From the NCBI GenBank assembly GCA_032718475.1, contig JAUCBJ010001420.1, positions 1 to 35,894 of the forward strand: a stretch of DNA of 35,894 bases. Reading direction: 5' to 3'. This stretch comes from Nemertoderma westbladi. Lineage: Eukaryota; Animalia; Xenacoelomorpha. The notes under the pieces were generated by a model, which had not been told where the DNA came from, did not search any database, and worked only from the letters and a program-made list of their open reading frames with translations. Both the position numbers and the translations under genes were made by a program. Of this stretch, positions 1 to 10,400 are shown piece by piece (the first letter of the stretch is position 1; the number at the start of each line of letters is the position of its first letter).

Positions 1-626
1 GGTGGCTTTTCCACTTTTAACATCCGGTTGCAAACATTCAATAATGGTCTATTTAGCACTCCGGTTTTCCATACCTCCGCTGGGATTTCATCTAATCCAC
101 TCGCTTTATTATTGGACATGCTTTTAATGCTTCTTTGGAGTTCGGCAGGTGTGAAGTCCCCTGTTTCTATAGGTAGTGTCTTGTCATATATTTTCCTTGT
201 AGGGCTGACCTCGATGTTTGGTGGCTGCCCAAGCAAGTTGCTGAAGTGATTTTTCCACTTCCCAACACGTTCTTCAGGACTATCGGCTTTGAGGCGCCCC
301 TTTGCACAACTTTTCCGACCACATACCTCATTTACAGTTTGCCAGGTAAGTCTTGATTGTTGCTGTATGTGAGCAGTTGTAATTGCTTCAGTTTTATCCT
401 GTATGTACTTTTCCTGGCTGATGTTGTAGGCCAATTTAAGATCGTCCTTAGCTTTCTTAACCTTGTTAATGTTTTCGGTTGTTGGTTGTTCGGTTTTAAC
501 TTTGTAGGCTATCTTAAGATCTTCTCTCTTACAAGTAACCTCAGAGTTTTGCCATGGCACATACTGTTTTCGTTTAGGTTTCTGGGGGATATGCCTCTTA
601 GCTGATTCCTTAGCTGATAACATTAT
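1..626 (-). mobile_element. 5'-truncated RTE-type LINE ORF2 fragment (endonuclease-RT linker and start of RT), running off the left edge
   Basis: My minus-strand translation is open for about 200 codons: ...LTWQTVNEVCGRK...ERVGKWKNHFSNLLGQPP...DFTPAELQRSIKSMSNNKASGLDEIPAEVWK. This includes the KAxGxDxIPAE motif that precedes non-LTR RT domains. Confidence 0.85.
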
Positions 627-921
627 TGTTCTAATTTAATTGAACGTTTAGTGCATTTGTACTGTACGTGTTATAAGTCATGGATGGATGGAAGGATGCG
701 TCATCATGTGATTGTGCACTGGTGCCTTATATAAATATTGAACATTAAAGTAACTAGTTTTTCTTGACAAATGAAACGTCACACACCGTTCCTAATTAAT
801 CAAGGTTGCACCAACACGATTCTCGATAATCAGGCATATAATTTACTATGACAATTATAGACAGCAATAATGCTAGCCAAACTCAATTTATTCTAATCTG
901 GTGGTGTTTATTTATTATTAG

Positions 922-1194
922 GGATGCTTCTTACCTCGGACCATCCGTAAGTCTTGGACCAGGCCGATATCCAACATGGACGGGTTTCCTTCCACCAGGA
1001 GGTGATACAATAACGTCAATAGAACAAATACAAGCATCAGTGACAACGGCTTGCCCCAGCCCAAAGATAACGTTTTTTGAATACGAGAATTATCAAGGAC
1101 ATCAAGTTCCTTTTCATGGGGAGGCAAACACGCAATCATTCAATATGGCATTGATAAATAATGCTGCATCCAGCATTATTGTTGAATGTGGAAG
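922..1194 (+). CDS. Beta/gamma-crystallin domain protein, internal exon (phase 2 to 2)
   Basis: Acceptor tttattattag|G and donor AAG|gtgagt. Encodes the Greek-key motifs DASYLGPSVSLGPGRYP...GDTITSI and KITFFEYENYQG...NNAASSIIVECG. No upstream exon was found in the window. Confidence 0.85.
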
Positions 1195-2320
1195 GTGAGT
1201 CATTTTGTTACTTCACAGTTATCTTAAGATGCCATATTAACCGCTCATTGATTGTGATCATATAAGTCACTCCACTCTTGTTAAACTAAAGGGGTATCCT
1301 TAGTAAGTATCCTTGTTGCAGAGTGGATAATGAGAATTAAAATCATAAAAAACAATGTAAATCATAGATTATAATAATAATAATAAAATAGTTATACAAC
1401 ATTAAAAATTTCAAATTCCCCCCCCCCCCCCCCCCCCCAACCCCTTAATTTTTGCCTAATTTTTATTAAGAAATCGATCAGTTCAGGAGAAAAAAATGTC
1501 TTTGAAACAAATTATTTAGCCAATTCGGATAGAGAGTGAAGGATGAGATACTTTTTTAGAGACTAAAAGTGACCAAAAAATGAAAAAGAGGAAATGACTA
1601 AAACATCATGTCTTTTTTTGAACCTTACTGTCCAAAATGTCTCTGAACAAGAAAGAATGTCAGTTTAATAATGTGCGGCCTATGATAAACTGATTAAATA
1701 TTTCGTTATGGGGTTTTTGTGGTCGGAGTTTTGATTTCCGATGGCACTTTTAATGTTGAGTGGAATGCTGTTTTTCTGTCGGTCTGTATGTATGTCTGTT
1801 TGTCAATCAGTTAAACACGAAAAGTTAAATTTGTTTAAAAAAATATTAGAGACTTTGTCGGGTGTTTTTACAAGTGTTCTCATCGGATTTACCAACCTCA
1901 AAATCCCACAAGAATGTATATTGGGGTAATTAAAAAAACCTCAAAGATTTTGAAATTTTGTTATTGTACGAAAAGTGTAACTAGTGAAAAAAGCCCAATA
2001 TCTGGAAAACGAAAAGAGATATTGCTAAACTGCATAAATACTTTAAACCTCATAAAATTTCGTTCATAATGAAATATATTAAAAAATGATTTTTTCAACT
2101 AATTCGACACCCCCCATGTGGGTAACGTGGGGGATTGTGGGTAACATAGGGAAACATGGTGGAACAATTTCATTGTTATAGCAATCATAGCAATCTGACT
2201 CAGTGCAGCTGCAGTGTAGCCGTTTATATATTATAGATAGAAAGATTACTCTAACGAAAACGACTTTAATTAATTTAATTGGCATCAGAGAATAACAGAA
2301 ACAATTAAATTATTTTACAG

Positions 2321-2437
2321 GTGGATTGTGTATGATGGAGAAATAACTGGAAGGAATAAAATTCTCGAAGAAGGTGAATACCCAAATGCATTGAGTTGGT
2401 GGGATGATGGTGCTCCTCTAGATAATACCATATCAAG
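2321..2437 (+). CDS. Beta/gamma-crystallin domain protein, internal exon (phase 2 to 2, putative GC donor)
   Basis: Acceptor tattttacag|G. Encodes (R)WIVYDGEITGRNKILEEGEYPNALSWWDDGAPLDNTIS(S), in frame with the previous exon. Donor AG|gctagt. Not in the ORF track. Confidence 0.85.
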
Positions 2438-2517
2438 GCTAGTGTAAATCTTTACTTTCCATATGAATATTATAGCCACTCTGTCAAATTTTAGTTTTCA
2501 TATATGTGGCACTTTAA

Positions 2518-3153
2518 CCCTTTCCATACCGCAGAAGATAATATTGCATATGTCTGGTGGACAAGTCATTGTGATGTCCATCCTGGACCGTGGCTCATAC
2601 GGGTGAGCCATCAATAAAACAAGAAATGTCAGCCTTAAATGACCAAGATTAGCATATCATTTTGATCAGAAGTAAAATAGAAATTTCCCAGGCTGTCTGA
2701 TTTGGCCACTAGAATAACAGGACGAGCACACCGAGGCTTTTAAATGATACGAGTACTGATAGGGACATAGTTATAACTAGTGAAATACAGGCAGCATGAA
2801 TGTCACATTTACTATTCAAGCATAATAAACCGTGAAGTACTGCAGTTGGCGCTATTTATTTGTGTATACTAATGCTGTACAGTTAGTTAGACTATACATT
2901 CTTCAATACTGCAGTGCTACTGAATTATACAGAAATGCATGACATCTTTCACTATTGATAGGGACTGTCAGACAGCTGCTGAGTGTAGGGATACTCATTT
3001 TACTTGTCCCCAATACCGTATGGGAGCATAGATATCTGGCATCCCAGTCATACTTAGGAAACCATAGAACATAACATAATATCATGGTTCATACGGATGT
3101 GCCACGGGAGGGTAGGTTGTGGCTCATACGGGTGTGTCCCGGTATGGAAAGGG
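2518..3153. mobile_element. piggyBac-like non-autonomous element (MITE), 636 bp
   Basis: Perfect 14-bp TIRs CCCTTTCCATACCG / CGGTATGGAAAGGG flanked by TTAA on both sides (2514-2517, 3154-3157). Subterminal repeat GTGGCTCATACGGGTG near both ends. No transposase ORF. Confidence 0.9.
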
Positions 3154-3349
3154 TTAATGAAAATGGAATAAAATTATTAATTTAAAAAATTAATTAGTAA
3201 TTAAAGTAATTATAATTTTATAAACAGGTATTAATTAAATTCAGGTCTCAATTAAACTGGTATAGTTTTTAGGACAACTGGAAAATAATTAAATTATCTT
3301 GGCACAATATTTATTTTATGACAAATTAAATTTGGAGTTCTTATCTAAT

Positions 3350-3950
3350 AAAGGAAATCTTGGGTCTTCTTGGAGTTTACAAAAATACTAACGCTGCTCG
3401 AAAGAGCAAATTTGTCTTTGGGCTCCCTCCAGTGGTTCCGATTGTGATAGCTCCTAAGTGATCCGCAAATACTAGATAAGTAAGGTACATGGTTGCAACC
3501 ATGGTTGCATGGTTGCACTGGGCCTATACTACTTGTGCCAGTACTACGTGTTACCATAACCCCATTTTTAAGAGTGTCTAAGGACATTCGTAGAACATAA
3601 TCGACCACAATTATGAACCCGGAATGGTGCAAGTGTGTCACCGTGATGGACTCCACAAAGACTTTGATTGGATCTGTGTTACCGTAAGCAGCAGACACAA
3701 ATGTTGTGACAGACACTAAATGATTGATCTGATACTGCAATAAATTCCTCAGGAATGCTGCAATTATGCTGAACAAATCTAATAGAAGGCCTCATAGATG
3801 TCAACATAGATATCAGCCAAATGTTTCTTTCTTTGTTGATAAATGTTTCTTTCTTTGTTGTCTATATTCTTCTAAGCACAAGAATAGGCTGGCTACATGG
3901 TGCCAGGACCTTTACATAACCCATTTTTGTTCCCACATAAAAGTCTCTTA
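3350..3950 (-). pseudogene. Heavily decayed LINE reverse-transcriptase remnant (tentative)
   Basis: Across frames on the minus strand, in the expected order: KNGLCKGPGT (cf. QxGFRxGRST), KHLADIYVDIYEAF (cf. FxDxxKAFD) and IIAAFLRNLLQY (cf. WIxxFLxxRxQ). Confidence 0.4.
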
Positions 3951-3979
3951 ACAGGATCCCTCATGAGCTTTAATATAAT

Positions 3980-5106
3980 GGGGTTCACGACACAAATTCA
4001 AAACCAGATTAATTAGATGCAATAATATCACAGAAACACAATGGCGTTTACAGAATTCAATAAGATGCTAAAATAGCCGAGATATTTGTGTGTTCAGTTT
4101 AAAAATTATTCAAAATATGAAAACGATCTGTGATTGGTCGTGACGTCACTATACGCCTCCGAATTCCATTTATATCAACATTCAGATAGTTAATACTATC
4201 TTTGTATAAATTGGGGCAGTTTGTTACTGCAGGAATGCTATATTAGTACTGTAGTACAGCAGTACAGTGCAGCAGTCACCGGTAGACAGTAGTGCACTGC
4301 AGCACTGTAATGCTGTATACTTGCTTATGCCTGGCCAAATAGGGTTAAAGTAGGATATACTGATAAAAAATATTCAAATTAAAGTCAGGACAATAATTAA
4401 TGTTGGCACTTCCTCATGGTAGTTCCGGCCCTGGGTACCTCCCGTTCTCTGTACACCGACACCGTATTCGCTCCTCCTCTGTAGGTGTACAGTACACCCT
4501 GTTCGCCATATTTGCTGCTCCTTGCCGTTGTCCCGGCCCCGGTACCTCCGGTTCGCTGTACACCGTATTCGCTCCAACTCGTTGTTCCGGCTCTCCGGGT
4601 ACCCCATTCGCCGTATTCGCTCCTCCTTTCCAGCATTCCGTTTCTGTTGTCCCGTTTACTTACCGTATTCGCTACTCCTTGCCGTTACCCCAAGTACTCG
4701 CCGTTCGCATATTCGCTAGTTCTTGCTGTTGTCCCAGATACTCTCCGTTCGCCATATAAATAAACAAGTATGCAGTGCTGGAATGCTTGTCGTTGTACCG
4801 GTAACTGCTGCACTGTACTACAGTACTAATGTAGCAGTAGTACCTGTGTAATAAACTGCCTAATTTGTACTGTAATTTACACAAAGATAGTATTGGGTAT
4901 CTGAATGTTGATATCAATGGGATCCCATGGTGTACAGTGACGTCACGACCAATCACAGATCGTTTTCAAATTTTGAATAATTTTTAAACTGAAAACACCA
5001 ATATCTCGGCTATTTTAGCATCTTATTGAATTCTGTAAACGCCATTGTGTTTCTGTGATATTATTGCATCTAATTAATCTAGTTTTGAATTTGAGTCGTG
5101 AACCCC
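3980..5106. mobile_element. Foldback-type non-autonomous DNA transposon with about 350-bp inverted arms
   Basis: GGGGTTCACGAC... (3980 to about 4328) is the reverse complement of about 4760-5106 (...GTCGTGAACCCC), near-perfect over the outer 170 bp or so. It is flanked by AT on both sides, compatible with an ISL2EU-like AT TSD (inference). Confidence 0.9.
4400..4755. repeat. GC-rich degenerate minisatellite in the spacer of the foldback element
   Basis: The motif CCGTATTCGCT(C/A)C occurs at about 4462, 4563, 4611 and 4663 plus variants. CCGGCCCyGGTACCTCCsGTTCkCTGTACACC occurs twice. Confidence 0.7.
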
Positions 5107-5204
5107 ATTCATATATAACTTTGCAGTAATAGAGATTCCATGAAAAGATCCATATTGTTTTGTTTGCCCTTTTTGGTACCAACTAGTTTTCATTTATTGG
5201 AAAA

Positions 5205-6064
5205 TTTTTGTAATTGTGCTGGATTACGCAATGAGGGACGGCCACAAAGAGTGAAGATCTGAGATTCACACTTCAAGAATGCAGAAGTAGTAGATTTCCG
5301 GCAACTACAGTCACAGACACCGACTTTGCAGATGACATTGCCCTGCTCTCTAATACGCTAGCAGATGCACAGCTTCTACTAAATAAAGTGGAGAGGGAAG
5401 GAGGTTGGATTGCATATAAATGCTACCAAGACCGAATTCATGACCTTTAATGTTGATGGAAACTTGACAACCATTGATAATAATCAACTAAGGAAACTCA
5501 ACGACATGGATAGAGAGTAGCAAAAAGGACATAGAAGTTAGGAAAGCAAAGGATTGGGTAGCTCTATCAAAAATGGATACCATCTGGAAATCAGATCTCT
5601 CCAGACACCTAAAGACTAAGTTCTTTCGAGCCACAGTGGAAAGTGTATTTTTAACGGGGGTGAGACCTGGACACTGACTAAATCACTTCAACAACGAATT
5701 GATGGTTGCTACAAAAGACTACTAAGGGCAGCCCTAAACATCAGCTGGAACAACACATGACAAACGCCGAGCTTTATGGTACAATACCACCTGTATCAAC
5801 CCCCCCCCCCCCCCCCCCCAGAGCAGATTAAGATTCAGTAGGCACTGTTGGTGAAGTAAAAACGAGGTCATACCAGATCTACTTTTCTGGCAACCAACTC
5901 ATAGAAAGCATAGTCGTGGACAACCAACCATAACATATAAAGATCAACTTGCAAGGGATACTGAACTTGGGAGAAACGAAATTGCGACAACTATGGAGAA
6001 TTGGGAAGCCTGGAAGGATCTCATTTCCACTGTCCGAGTTCGCTCGACCTAGTAGTAGTAGTAG
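5205..6064 (+). mobile_element. 5'-truncated RTE-type LINE: RT C-terminal half, ORF2 end and (TAG)n tail
   Basis: Frameshifted translation FVIVLDYAMR...TDTDFADDIALLSN...GLHINATKTEFM...FFRATVESVFL...DGCYKRLLRAALNISW...WQPTH...VRVRST*, followed by TAGTAGTAGTAGTAG. Confidence 0.9.
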
Positions 6065-6469
6065 GCCTAGCTGTATTGAAAACTAGTTTTCAACTCTTTG
6101 GCCTATGTAATTCCACGATAATTGGGTGAATAAACTCCTCGATCATGGGGTGTATGAATATTGGGAAGAATTTTAAAGACCTCACTGCCCATCGACCTCT
6201 CCCATCTCCCATATTGAGGTTGTCCTGGTGTGGTCAGCGTGATATGTCTTCTTCCAACTTGACAGTCGTGATTTCGAGCCCCAGAAAAGAAAGAGGAAAA
6301 TATGTTAAAAAAAGGTTAAGAAGTTAACAATCATGTTAACACCCTAACATGCTTCAGAATCTTAGGTATAATTGGAGAACCTGGCATATGCTGGTTGTTA
6401 AGAATATCGTTGGATAGTGAGAGTATTCAATCTTGAGAGTTAGTTTGTTTCTGTTTCACTGATCAATTA

Positions 6470-6630
6470 TATCATCTGGAAAGAATAAATTTTTCAAGCC
6501 ACAATGGAAAGTGTTCCTTTATATAGACACTGAAGAAATCATGAATGAATTGATGGTTGTTACACAAGACTTCTCAGGGTACCGCTAAACACCAGCTGGA
6601 GACAATACATAACAATTCCCGAGATGTCTG
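6470..6630 (+). mobile_element. Short decayed RTE LINE fragment
   Basis: KNKFF..ATMESV and DGCYTRLLRVPLNTSWRQYIT are homologous to the 5620-5770 region. Confidence 0.6.
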
Positions 6631-6649
6631 CACAAATTACTCTATGTGA

Positions 6650-6890
6650 CTACTACTACTACTACTACTAGGATCGGCATGCTGCATTGCAGCTGCATTT
6701 TTAAGAATGCTGTGCCGGCTTGTCAACAAAATTGCACCACCACAACTCCCTATCACCCATGACATTTGCTAGATCATCCGCATCTTTAAGGCCAGTGTCC
6801 TTTAAGATGCGTCTCAAGAAAGTCATGGGCTGTCCACCATGCTTATTCACTCCATGAGGCTGCCAAAGTACAAGATTATGTGAACACAGC
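6650..6890 (-). mobile_element. RTE LINE 3' end (second family) with (TAG)n tail
   Basis: LVLWQPHGVNKHGGQPMTFLRRILKDTGL...VMGDRELW matches the RTE ORF2 C-terminus. A (CTA)7 run lies at 6650-6670 on the + strand. A near-identical copy lies at 12058-12186. Confidence 0.8.
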
Positions 6891-7087
6891 AAAAAGATGA
6901 CACTGCTGGAGAAATAAAGGATATGACGGTCTCATACCAGACTTGTCCTAACAGTAGTACTATCATTATTGAAGGATTAAATTATATATGATGTTACTGA
7001 TAATTAAACAATTATCATGTTTTTATTAATATTTTAATTATAAGGCTAATTATAGAGGTTGTTATTAGGGATAATATTCCATTACAG

Positions 7088-7270
7088 TGCGCGGCCGCTG
7101 ACAACCCTGAACAACACTCGTCCAGTGATAGCTTGTTTCCAGAACCCAAACTATGCTGGAAATTACATTCTTCTAGATGACACACTCAATAACCTCCATG
7201 AGGCTGGAATTCTTCGCCATGAACAAATCTCATCCTTCATCATAACACGTGGAACATGGACACTTGCTGA
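7088..7270 (+). CDS. Beta/gamma-crystallin domain protein, internal exon (phase 2 to 2)
   Basis: Acceptor ttccattacag|T. Encodes (S)ARPL...VIACFQNPNYAG...HEQISSFIITRGTWTLA(E). Donor GA|gtatgt. Confidence 0.85.
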
Positions 7271-7459
7271 GTATGTTGTACACTTTATAATAGACATTTC
7301 AGGAATAAAGATCACACACATATCCTAAAATTAAGTATGCAAATAATCTCTAACGAAATTTATAATGCAGCAAATTCGCCTCCACAATTGGAGTAATACG
7401 CTGCAAGTAGGCCCACTAACTTTTATCGCAGTAATGAAGTCTAGTGTTTTGTTACGCAG

Positions 7460-7580
7460 GGGCATTAATCTTGATAACGACCAAGAGACTTTTTCAGTGG
7501 GTGAATACCCAGATGGAAACTTACCTTATCTCAATGAAAGAATTTCATCTATAGGCCTTGATAGCAACTTAGATACAAGC
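7460..7580 (+). CDS. Beta/gamma-crystallin domain protein, internal exon (phase 2 to 0)
   Basis: Acceptor gttttgttacgcag|G. Encodes (E)GINLDNDQETFSVGEYPDGNLPYLNERISSIGL...DTS. Donor AGC|gtgagt. Read-through would stop at 7593-7595. Confidence 0.8.
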
Positions 7581-8240
7581 GTGAGTATCCTATAAATACG
7601 CAAAATTGTTCATATTTGTAAAAATTACAAAAAATTAACTAATATATGTTCAGAATAAATTAAAGAAATACAACTACTAATATATTTTACCAATAACATA
7701 CTTTAATTTAATATTTAGACCAAACATATATTTTTTAAAAATAAATAAAGATTGGCTAGAGCATCTCATACAGAGTACAGATGCCTTGACACATAAATTA
7801 CGCAAAGAAGCTACTTCTACTACTACTGCATCGAGCGAGATGGAAGCTCACAAATTAATGAACTTCCCGGAAATATCTCCTTTCGGATATATACTCTAAG
7901 ATTAGGTGTGCTTACTACAATAAGATATAAGCGATTAGCCTAAAAAACATCGGGGTCAAATACAGACACCCAAGAATGGAAGAGAATTGCTTCATGATTA
8001 TTTTTTACATGCAAAGTATTTGGACATCATTTGGTAAAATAATATTAGTGCAAATTGGACAAAAAGCCATAATAATATTTATACGTATCTATTTGGAATA
8101 TTCCTTTCTAATAATTTGTGAAATAGTTTATCATGACCTATTCCATCAATTGCCTTACGGCACTTACCTTACTTGCCTTTGCATCAACGAAACATACATA
8201 AGCTTAAACAAAAATTGCAAATCATCCACTTGTAATCAAA

Positions 8241-8996
8241 GATGATAGAAAAAATAAAGTATTGAGGGTCTTTAGCTGGTTATATTATATTAGGTAAAGA
8301 TACAAAAAATAAAGTATTGAGGGTCTTTAGCTGGTTATATTATATTAGGTAAAGATACAATTGTAAACGTTTTCGACCTACCGGTCTGCATCAGACTATG
8401 TACTGGCAACTAACAGGAAAAGGTGGGGTCTATATATATATATAAGTTTTAAAGGGGAATATCTGATAGGTGAATCCCAGAAAGGTTAATGTGTATGTAT
8501 GCACTGTATAACGTAAGGTAATTGTGATAGGGAAAATACACCGAGTTAGTTGTAAGCTGTCAATCTAAAGTACAAATATAGGGTTGCAGGTTGGGTTATA
8601 AGGTTGGGAGAAGTTGATAGGGAAATCCCAGGAGTGGTCATGTGTCTTCATACTGAATGGTATAATTGGATTAGGTAGCTTACATAGGATTATGAGGTAT
8701 CTACTTAAAGCGCATTGTTAGGTAGAATGCAACATAATGATAGCTGTAATTTTTACAGAGTAAGAAATCACAAGAAACAGAAAAACCAAGACAAAAACAA
8801 AAAGGAAGGTAGGGGAAAAGCACATAAAAACCCCGGAAATTCGCTATAGAGGGCACTGTAGTTGTGTAAGATATAGAATATAGGGTGTATTATATAGTGT
8901 GTATATAGGGTGTATATATCACCAGCTAAAGACCCTCAATACTTTATTTTTTCTATCATCTTTACACTATGCTGCCGCTGGTGAATGCCTACCACT
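8241..8996 (-). mobile_element. Penelope-like non-autonomous retroelement fragment with inverted termini
   Basis: Perfect 43-bp inverted repeat (8238-8280 vs 8921-8963). 55-bp tandem duplication (8249-8358). Flanking direct repeat TCATyCACTTGTAATCAAA (8222-8240, 8997-9015). Contains a PLE-type hammerhead motif. Confidence 0.6.
8360..8399 (-). ncRNA. Degenerate minimal type I hammerhead ribozyme motif
   Basis: The minus strand reads AUAGU-CUGAUGCA-GACC ggua GGUC-GAAA-ACGUU-U-ACAAU. That is a core with one substitution relative to CUGAnGAn, a 4-bp stem II, a palindromic AACGUU stem III and an imperfect stem I. Confidence 0.55.
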
Positions 8997-9204
8997 TCAT
9001 TCACTTGTAATCAAAAACGATTATATACGAGCAAGTAAATTATATTCAAATAAGAATTACCTTTATCATCAATGGGGCTGTTTTTATCCTTTTTAATAAT
9101 AATTAATAGACATGGTGAGAACTTGATACTAGCTTACTTGGCTAGGAGCTTTTCCACTTTTTTTCAGTATTATTTATTAATATATTTATTTTATCACATT
9201 TCAG

Positions 9205-9324
9205 CAATGCGATCATATTACATTGTACTCAGACTCATACTACCAAGGAGATTCTCATAGTTTCCATGTGTCTACCATCCTACTAGGATATCCCCATATA
9301 CTTCGAAAGGCATCGAGTATTAAG
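9205..9324 (+). CDS. Beta/gamma-crystallin domain protein, internal exon (phase 0 to 0, GC donor)
   Basis: Acceptor ttatcacatttcag|C. Encodes QCDHITLYSDSYYQGDSHSFHVSTILLGYPHILRKASSIK, the first Greek key of a further domain. Donor AAG|gcaagt matches the GC-AG consensus. Not in the ORF track. Confidence 0.8.
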
Positions 9325-9396
9325 GCAAGTTTTAGCTAGTAATGTAAATTTTGACCAACTTTGACCAATACACATGACCTGTAATGGTATATTACT

Positions 9397-10400
9397 ATAG
9401 ATAGATAGATAGATTTATTTATATATTATGCAAACAATAGAAACCAATACATTAACTTGATACAATTGATGTATAATGAGTATTGCCCAACATAACATAA
9501 ACGATAACCCACAAAGCTTTGCAGTTTATTTCCAAGGGGGTCCTTCAAGTTACTTGGTTACCAATACAAACTAAACTAACTACTGAAGATAGACTAATTA
9601 TATATAATTTAAACTAACTAAGGTACAAGAAATACAAAATTGATCATTATTACTAATTATTGCATATGCAATATGTACATGTAATATTGAACTAAATTAA
9701 ATACTGCTATATAACAATTTGCACTATGAGAAATGCGTTTGTAAGAAATGAACGTGCAGCGTCAGTGCAAACCATATGGTACAGCCACGAGTGGGAACCG
9801 TGTGCGGAACTAACAAACTAACAAAATTTTGAGGCAAAATTTATGTGTCACATATTGACGCATTGTTTTCTTCACACCAAGTGGTTTAATAAGAAAAGTA
9901 TTGTGAACCTACATTTGCATTAAAATCTCCAAATGCAAAACAATAACTAGTACCCGAATTTTCTATAATATTACCTAATTTACCAATATAGTCTAACCAT
10001 TCGTCATCGTGCTCTGCACATTGATAAGGCAGATATAGAATTAAGAACAACATGAATTGACGGTTTACTAGATTTAGTTTAATTCCAAAAATTACAGTAT
10101 CCTCATCAAAAGTAATTATTTCAACATGATTAGCTATTTCCTTTTTATATAAAATTCCTAAACCACCATGTGGTTTACCTTTGAAGAGGTGGGTTGTCAT
10201 ATCTTCAGGTGTTATCCAAATCATTCAAAAGCCCCAGTTCTTGGGTGGGAAGCATAAGCTCCTGAATAAAAATAATACCGCACGATAGGTTACATAGTTC
10301 ACATATTACATATCTGGAATGAGAAGTACGCACAGAGTTACAGTTAAATGAAGCTAATTTCATACCACAAACTTATGAGCTACTACTGTTGCCATTATGG
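9397..10400 (-). mobile_element. Internally deleted APE-type LINE (endonuclease plus 3' UTR; RT missing)
   Basis: From ATG 10363: MKLASFNCNSV...IIFIQE...GKPHGGLGILYK...LYLPY...FGDFNA...FVSSAHGSHSWLYH (frameshifted). It then passes directly into an AT-rich 3' UTR with GGACCCCCTTGGAAATAAAC...GGGTTATC, AATAAA and a (TCTA)n tail at 9397-9414. Confidence 0.8.

Noticed and set aside
725-921. TATATAAA at about 728 and ATG 848 as promoter and start of the crystallin gene
   Set aside because: Crystallin similarity begins mid-motif right after a good acceptor at 921, and residues encoded by 848-921 look intronic. The true 5' exons are probably upstream of the window.
4374-4763. Several overlapping short ORFs on both strands
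   Set aside because: They are explained by the GC-rich minisatellite, with no recognisable domain or splice support.
5181-6092. AACTAGTTTTCA direct repeat as TSD of the RTE copy
   Set aside because: Neither copy abuts the element ends (offsets of more than 10 nt), and the right copy is part of a local palindrome.
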